Assembly (NCBI GenBank): GCA_947258515.1 | Contig: CAMYIO010000033.1 | Coordinates: 609 to 64,608 of the forward strand | Direction of reading: 5' to 3' | DNA length: 64,000 bases | DNA from: an uncultured Ectothiorhodospiraceae bacterium | Lineage (GTDB): Bacteria > Pseudomonadota > Gammaproteobacteria > UBA9214 | Shown: positions 58,351-64,000 of the stretch, one piece after another | Layout of the letters: each line of letters begins with the position of its first letter | Position numbering within the stretch: the first letter of the stretch is position 1 | Notes under the pieces: generated by a model | Told to the model about the DNA's origin: nothing | Database searches by the model: none | Seen by the model: the letters and a program-made list of their open reading frames with translations, nothing else | Program-made: the position numbers and the translations under genes

Positions 58351-60287
58351 ATGACCGAGACTAACGCAACCACACATTTCCATTCAGAAACAGACGACGA
58401 CAATATCGTCTGGCTGCATTTTGACAAGGCGGATGCCGGCACCAATGTGCTTAATGTTGAAGTCCTTGAGCAACTCGATCAGCATCTGCAGCAGATCGCT
58501 GCCCAGGGTCCGCGGGGTCTTGTCATCCTCTCGGACAAGGCAAACGGATTTATCGCCGGGGCCGATATCACGGCCTTTACGCAGCTCAAGACCAGTGACC
58601 AGGCATTGGCTTTCCTGCGCAGCGGGCAGGACGTTTTCAACCGGCTTGAAGCACTGCCCTTCCCCACCGTTGCGTTGATCCACGGCTTTTGCCTGGGCGG
58701 TGGCACCGAACTGTCACTGGCCTGCCGCTATCGCGTCACGCGCGACGATCCGGGAACACGCATGGGCTTGCCGGAAGTGAAACTCGGCATTCATCCCGGC
58801 TGGGGTGGCAGGTTGTCCCCGAACGGCACCTGCGTGCGGCGGCGCGCAAACTGGTACTGGAATCACCGGCACCACATCAACCCGGGTGGCTTGACCGCCT
58901 ATCCAATAATGTTCTCGTCCGCCCGCTGCTTGCACGCGTGTTCGGCCAACAGGTCGCAAAACGAGCGCCCAGAAACCATTACCCGTCACCCTACGCGATG
59001 ATCGATATATGGCGCCAGCACGCCACGGACAAGCAGGGCATGCTCGATGCCGAAGCACAGTCTTTGGCGCAGCTGATTACCGGTGCGACTGCAAAAAACC
59101 TGGTGCGTGTCTTTTTCCTGCAGGAGCAACTCAAGTCGCTTGGCAAGGACAAAAGCTACCAGCCAAAGTATGTGCATGTCATCGGCGCCGGCACCATGGG
59201 TGGTGATATCGCTGCCTGGTGCGCCTTCCGTGGTTTTCATGTCTCCCTGCAGGACCAGACTCCGCAGCGCATTGCCCCGGCGATCAAGCGCGCCCACAGC
59301 CTGTTCAAGCGCAAACTGAAACGGCCTGTCAAGATCACCGAGGCCATGGACCGCCTGATGCCCGACCACAAGGGTATTGGTGTCGAGCGTGCCGATATTA
59401 TAATTGAGGCAATTTTTGAAGATGCGGACGTAAAGCGTTCTTTATACAAGACTATTGAACCCAGAATGAAACCGGATGCCGTGCTTGCGACCAATACCTC
59501 CAGCATCCCGCTGGAAGAACTGTGCACGGCCCTGTCCCGTCCCGAACGACTGGTCGGCCTGCACTTTTTCAACCCGGTCGCGATGATGCAACTGGTGGAA
59601 GTCGTCACAGGTGAGTCCACCTCGGCGGAGGTGGCCGCACACGCCATGACCTTCACCCGGCAGATTGACCGCTTGCCCCTGCCCGTCACCAGTACGCCCG
59701 GCTTCCTCGTTAATCGCATCCTCATGCCCTACCTGATGGAAGCCGTGCTGCTCGAAGCCGAAGGTATCCCTCCGGCCGTTATCGACAAGGCCGCCACGAC
59801 GTTCGGTATGCCCATGGGGCCGGTGCAACTGGCCGACACCGTGGGGCTGGACATCTGCCTGCATGTCGCCGAGATACTTGCCGAACACTTCACTGCTGAA
59901 ATCCCGGACAGCCTCAGGAAACGGGTTGCTGACGGCAACCTTGGACGCAAATCCGGGCGTGGATTTTATAACTACAAGAAGGGTAAACCGGTGAAAACAA
60001 GAACCGGGGCTGGCAACTGGAACATGGAAGAGATCAGCAACCGTCTGATAGACCGCCTGCTGAATGAGTCCGTCAGCTGTTTACGCGAGCACGTGGTGGA
60101 GAATAATGATCTGCTGGATGCCGGCATGATTTTCGGCACCGGCTTTGCACCCTTTCGCGGCGGCCCCATGCAGCACATTGATGCTGTCGGGGCTGAAACC
60201 GTGTACAAACAGTTACAGACTCTGAAGGCATTACGCGGCGAACGTTTTACCCCGGATGATGGTTGGAATATCCTGATGCAATCCTAG
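58351..60287 (+). pseudogene. fadJ: fatty-acid oxidation complex alpha subunit FadJ (enoyl-CoA hydratase + 3-hydroxyacyl-CoA dehydrogenase), internally disrupted
   Basis: The hydratase domain (HGFCLGGGTELSLACRYRV...LGIHPGWGG) is in the 58315 frame. The remainder (RHLRAAARKLVLE... VIGAGTMGGDIA ... dehydrogenase) is in the 58689 frame. About 16 aa (TxRLPRLxG...) are missing at ~58810-58840. Confidence 0.7.
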
Positions 60288-60301
60288 GGAGGGAGTACTG
60301 C

Positions 60302-62110
60302 ATGAGCAATGTGACTACTGACAATATTTCAGCGAGCGACGCCAAAACACTCGCCGGCCTGTTCCGCGAACGCGTTGCACGCACACCGGATGCCATTGCC
60401 TATCGACAATTCAATGCGGCTGAAAAGCAGTGGTACGATTCCAGCTGGGCAGAGATGGCCAGTGAAGTAGCGCGCTGGCAGGCGGCGCTCGCCAATGAAC
60501 ACCTGCAACCGGGCGAACGCGTCGCTATATTACTGCGCAATTGCAAGGAATGGGTCACCTTCGACCAGGCCGCACTCGGTTGTGGGCTGGTCATCGTGCC
60601 GCTCTATATGGATGACCGCCCCGAGAGCATGGCCTACATCCTGAATGACTCAGGATGCAAGGTATTGCTAATACAGGGACAGGAACAATGGGAAGGTCTA
60701 CAGACCGTCCTGCACGAACTTGATACGCTGGTACGCATACTTACCCTTGAAACCGTCAACAACAGCAATGACGATGATCGCGTGCGCTGTGTAGCTGACT
60801 GGTTGCCCGAATCGGCAAGCAGCTTGCGCACCGATGACAGTGATTCAAACGATGTTGCGACCATTGTCTATACCTCCGGTACGACCGGTAGACCGAAAGG
60901 CGTCATGCTGAGCCACTGGAATATCCTGTTTGACACCGACAGTGCCGGCGAAATCTGTCAAATGCTTCCGAGTGATCTGCTACTTTCTTTTTTACCGCTA
61001 TCGCACACCTTTGAGCGAACTGTCGGTTACTACATGCCCATGATGGCCGGTTCAACCATTGCCTATGCTCGTTCAATACCGGAACTGGCTGAAGACCTGC
61101 AAACCATTCGGCCAACGGTGATGATATCCGTGCCACGCATCTATGAGCGTGTCTACAACAAGATCCAGGCAGGCCTTGCCGAGAAGTCACCGATTGCAAC
61201 ACGGCTGTTCAATGCAGCGGTTGAGACCGGGTGGAAACGGTTCCTGCGCCAGCAGGGACGGGGTGGCTGGCATCCAGCCATGCTGCTCTGGCCGCTGCTG
61301 AACAAGCTCGTGGCCGGCAAGATTATGGCGAAGCTGGGTGGAAGGATGCGGCTGGCCGCATCCGGCGGCGCACCCTTGCCGACACCGATCGCGAAAGTAT
61401 TCATAGGTCTCGGTCTCAACCTGGTCCAGGGTTATGGCCTCACCGAGACCAGCCCGATACTGACGGGCAATCCGGTAGATGACAATGACCCGAGCAGTGT
61501 CGGAATACCACTGAAGGGTATTGAGCTGAAGATCGGCGAGAACGATGAGTTACTCGCACGTGGACCGGTCATCATGCTGGGCTACTGGAATAATCAGGAA
61601 GCAACCGCTGCGGTTATCGACAGCGAAGGCTGGTTTCATACCGGTGACAAGGCCCGTATTGACAACAACCATGTCTACATTACCGGACGCATCAAGGAAA
61701 TAATCGTGTTGGCCAACGGTGAAAAGGTGCCTCCGGCCGACATGGAGATGGCCATTGCACTGGACACATTGTTCGAGCAGGTAATGATCATCGGCGAAAA
61801 CCGACCCTTCCTGACTGCCCTGCTGGTACTCAACCCCGAACAATGGAAGCTCATCACTCGTGAGTTGCAACTGGACAGCGATGATTCCGGGGCACTGAGC
61901 TCAGAAGCGTTTGAAAAGCTGGTGTTTGACAAGTTGGCCCGACAGCTTGCCGGCTTTCCGGGCTATGCACGGATTCACGGGATCACCTGCACCCTTGAGC
62001 CCTGGACTATTGATAATGAATTAATCACACCGACACTCAAGCTCAAGCGCAACCGCGTCATGGAACGCTTTGCGGCTGACATCGATCGCATGTACGAGGG
62101 ACACAGCTAG
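60302..62110 (+). CDS. long-chain-fatty-acid--CoA ligase (AMP-binding, FadD-like)
   Basis: AMP-binding motif IVYTSGTTGRPKGVMLSH and GYGLTETS. GGGAGGGAG Shine-Dalgarno before ATG 60302. Confidence 0.8.
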   Translation: MSNVTTDNISASDAKTLAGLFRERVARTPDAIAYRQFNAAEKQWYDSSWAEMASEVARWQAALANEHLQPGERVAILLRNCKEWVTFDQAALGCGLVIVPLYMDDRPESMAYILNDSGCKVLLIQGQEQWEGLQTVLHELDTLVRILTLETVNNSNDDDRVRCVADWLPESASSLRTDDSDSNDVATIVYTSGTTGRPKGVMLSHWNILFDTDSAGEICQMLPSDLLLSFLPLSHTFERTVGYYMPMMAGSTIAYARSIPELAEDLQTIRPTVMISVPRIYERVYNKIQAGLAEKSPIATRLFNAAVETGWKRFLRQQGRGGWHPAMLLWPLLNKLVAGKIMAKLGGRMRLAASGGAPLPTPIAKVFIGLGLNLVQGYGLTETSPILTGNPVDDNDPSSVGIPLKGIELKIGENDELLARGPVIMLGYWNNQEATAAVIDSEGWFHTGDKARIDNNHVYITGRIKEIIVLANGEKVPPADMEMAIALDTLFEQVMIIGENRPFLTALLVLNPEQWKLITRELQLDSDDSGALSSEAFEKLVFDKLARQLAGFPGYARIHGITCTLEPWTIDNELITPTLKLKRNRVMERFAADIDRMYEGHS

Positions 62111-62118
62111 TAGTCGGC

Positions 62119-62517
62119 ATGAGCGACACGCCGGACAATGACGATCTTGCCATCCGGGTCATGGCCATGCCTGCTGATACCAATGCGGCCGGAGACATTT
62201 TCGGTGGCTGGTTAATGTCACAGATGGATATAGCCGGTAGTGTCTTCGCACGCCGGATCGCCCGTGGCCGGGTAGTGACCGTGGCAGTTGATTCCTTTCA
62301 GTTCAAGCAACCGGTATTTGTCGGTGATTTGATCAGCTGCTACGCATCCATCACACGCATTGGAAAAACATCGCTCACAGTACACGTCAAGGCTTTCGCC
62401 GAACGGCAAGGCAAGACACATGAAAATATCCAGGTGACCGAGGCTGACTTGACGTATGTTGCGGTGAATGATCAGCGCAGGCCACGGCAGATTTCGAAAG
62501 GCTGCATCAGCGTTTAA
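62119..62517 (+). CDS. yciA: acyl-CoA thioester hydrolase YciA (hotdog fold)
   Basis: LAMPADTNAAGDIFGGWLMSQMDIAGS...GRVVTV is collinear with E. coli YciA. Confidence 0.8.
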   Translation: MSDTPDNDDLAIRVMAMPADTNAAGDIFGGWLMSQMDIAGSVFARRIARGRVVTVAVDSFQFKQPVFVGDLISCYASITRIGKTSLTVHVKAFAERQGKTHENIQVTEADLTYVAVNDQRRPRQISKGCISV

Positions 62518-63231
62518 TTTATATCTGTAGGAGCGCCGTCCCCGGCGCGATTGAATTTTGATATGCCCCGAATCGCGCCGGGGACCACGGTGAGGCACCG
62601 GGGCCAGGTAGGGCGAATCCGTTTCAACCAGGTAGCGGTCTGACGGCATTCGCGTTGCGATATCCTGCAATTCCCGGGCACTCTTGAAGGTCACGATGCC
62701 GGAAAATGAAATATAAAAATTCATTTCCATAGCACGCTGTGCCATCTCCCAGTCACCTGTAAAGCAATGCATGACGCCACCGACTGCGCTGGCCTGCTCT
62801 TCTTCGAGGATATTCAGGGTGTCGTCCCTGGCATCGCGAGAGTGAATAATCAACGGCTTGCCGGACTCTTTTGCCGCCGCGATATGCCGGCGAAAACGCT
62901 CACGCTGCCAGTCCAGATCACCCTCGCTGCGAAAGTAATCCAGTCCGGTTTCGCCAATGGCGATAACTCCCGGGTGTTTGGCAAGGTCTACCAGTTCATC
63001 GATAGCTGGATCATGCCCCCCCTGTTCATTCGGGTGCAGACCGACCGACGCCGATACCTGATCGTGCTCCTCGGCAATCTTCAGCACCGCCGGATAATCC
63101 TCAAGGTTGATCGACACGCACAGAAAATGACCGATACCCTGCTCTGCTGCCGCAGCGAGTGCAGCGTCCATGCTGCCAGCAAAATGTGACAGGTCGAGTC
63201 TGTCCAGGTGACAATGGGAATCTACAAGCAT
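62218..63231 (-). CDS. tatD: TatD-family hydrolase (YcfH/TatD), 3' end disrupted by the REP element
   Basis: MLVDSHCHLD...GLHP...GETGLDY...HCFTG...ETDSPYLAPVPHRG covers ~216 aa of a normal ~260-aa TatD. The frame then reads through the REP element (PRRDSGHIKIQSRRGRRSY) and ~300 nt antisense to yciA, with no family similarity. Confidence 0.65.
   Translation of the reverse strand: MLVDSHCHLDRLDLSHFAGSMDAALAAAAEQGIGHFLCVSINLEDYPAVLKIAEEHDQVSASVGLHPNEQGGHDPAIDELVDLAKHPGVIAIGETGLDYFRSEGDLDWQRERFRRHIAAAKESGKPLIIHSRDARDDTLNILEEEQASAVGGVMHCFTGDWEMAQRAMEMNFYISFSGIVTFKSARELQDIATRMPSDRYLVETDSPYLAPVPHRGPRRDSGHIKIQSRRGRRSYRYKLNADAAFRNLPWPALIIHRNIRQVSLGHLDIFMCLALPFGESLDVYCERCFSNACDGCVAADQITDKYRLLELKGINCHGHYPATGDPACEDTTGYIHL
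62526..62585. repeat. REP-like palindromic element (type A, copy 4)
   Basis: tgtaggagcgccgtccccggcgcgattg-aattttgatatgcccc-gaatcgcgccggggac. It lies inside the 3' end of the tatD reading frame. Confidence 0.55.
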
Positions 63232-63305
63232 GAACCAGCCTCAATGAATGTCGAGGTTGAATAATAGAGTGTTTGCAAGGCGCCGCAAACCACTACGGCA
63301 GAATA

Positions 63306-63659
63306 TTACATGGTATGGGTCGGCCGTTCGCTATCCAGTGCCCCGGCCAGGAAACCCTCGATCTTGTTGCGCGCCGCGCCCTCGTCCTGGTCGCTGAACT
63401 GAACGCCGATTCCTGCGGCACGATTACCCTGCGCACCCACCGGTGTTACCCAGATGATCTTGCCCGCAACCGGTATCTTTTCCGTTTCTTCCATCAGCGT
63501 CAGCAGCATGAAGACCTCTTCGCCGATTTGGTAGCTCTTTTTCGTCGGGATAAACAGGCCACCGCCTTTCACAAAGGGCATATAAGCGGCATACAAGGCA
63601 CTTTTGTCCTTGATTGTGAGTGAAAGAATACCCTGTCGAGGTGTTGTTGCCTGAGTCAT
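63306..63659 (-). CDS. pilZ: type IV pilus assembly protein PilZ
   Basis: GILSLTIKDKSALYAAYMPFVKGGGLFIPT is near-identical to Pseudomonas PilZ. The holB-pilZ-tatD gene order is conserved. Confidence 0.8.
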   Translation of the reverse strand: MTQATTPRQGILSLTIKDKSALYAAYMPFVKGGGLFIPTKKSYQIGEEVFMLLTLMEETEKIPVAGKIIWVTPVGAQGNRAAGIGVQFSDQDEGAARNKIEGFLAGALDSERPTHTM

Positions 63660-63698
63660 TACATAGGTTCCCTTGGTCGATCTCCCGGGTATTCCCCG

Positions 63699-64000
63699 TT
63701 ACTTTTGCGCTGCCCATGCCAGCAGGATATCTTCTGTCAGCAACTGGCGATTCAAGCTGCCGGTCGTGAGTCCCAATGTCCTGTTGATATGCTCCAGCTG
63801 CGCAAACAGTACCTTGCTATCCAGCCTGCGTGCAAGCCTTGCCAGCCTGTCGTGCAAATCCGCACTGCGTACCCCGCTGCTCTGGCCCGTCATGGCAATC
63901 CGCAGCAGGTCCATCAGCCAGTCCCGCATCCAGCGAATTCCCTGCATATCGTCTTCCTTCGACCATAACAGGGCAGTCGCCAGCGGAGCCGTCCTGCCTT
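63699..64000 (-). CDS. holB: DNA polymerase III delta' subunit (HolB), C-terminal part, running off window
   Basis: The C-terminal helical domain and its position upstream of pilZ/tatD match the conserved holB-pilZ-tatD locus. Partial. Confidence 0.55.
   Translation of the reverse strand, partial: GRTAPLATALLWSKEDDMQGIRWMRDWLMDLLRIAMTGQSSGVRSADLHDRLARLARRLDSKVLFAQLEHINRTLGLTTGSLNRQLLTEDILLAWAAQK

Noticed and set aside
1-64000. CRISPR arrays, rRNA, integrase or transposase genes
   Set aside because: No regularly spaced direct repeats with unique spacers, no rRNA-like conserved blocks, and no recombinase-like ORFs were seen. The only repeats are the REP-like palindromes and the coding tandem repeats.

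Overview
This 64 kb window is GC-rich (~58-60%), densely coding DNA from a gammaproteobacterium, probably a sulfur-oxidizer. The evidence for that is a TusE/DsrC-family gene, a Gly/Tyr-rich secreted repeat protein of the sulfur-globule-protein type, and many c-type cytochromes. Housekeeping blocks are ybbA-ybbP (ABC/FtsX) with a divergent tesA-like fragment, apaH, purU, a fadE-fadI-fadJ-fadD-yciA beta-oxidation cluster, two L,D-transpeptidases flanking an Lpp-like lipoprotein, and tatD-pilZ-holB. Three accessory blocks stand out. (i) 11.5-20.2 kb: an ExeA-type AAA+ ATPase, a polytopic membrane pentaheme cytochrome fused to TPR, a CRTAC1 (FG-GAP/ASPIC) propeller, a TPR protein, and then the sulfur-globule-like repeat protein. 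(ii) 22.3-34.9 kb: an island bracketed by two copies of a palindromic REP-like element, carrying a DUF3570-like outer-membrane protein (frameshifted), a DUF4266-like lipoprotein, a TlpA thioredoxin, outer-membrane barrels, a heme/beta-propeller lipoprotein, three secreted CXXCH-domain proteins with a TAT-signal partner, and an ApbE FAD:protein FMN transferase. (iii) 34.9-44.2 kb: a TolQ/ExbB, two ExbD, a TonB-like energizer and four to five periplasmic TPR proteins, an Agl/Glt-core-like envelope motor cluster. Many genes look disrupted by internal deletions, frameshifts, a 10-bp tandem duplication or REP invasion, which points to genome decay or a draft-quality assembly. No rRNA, tRNA or CRISPR was recognised.
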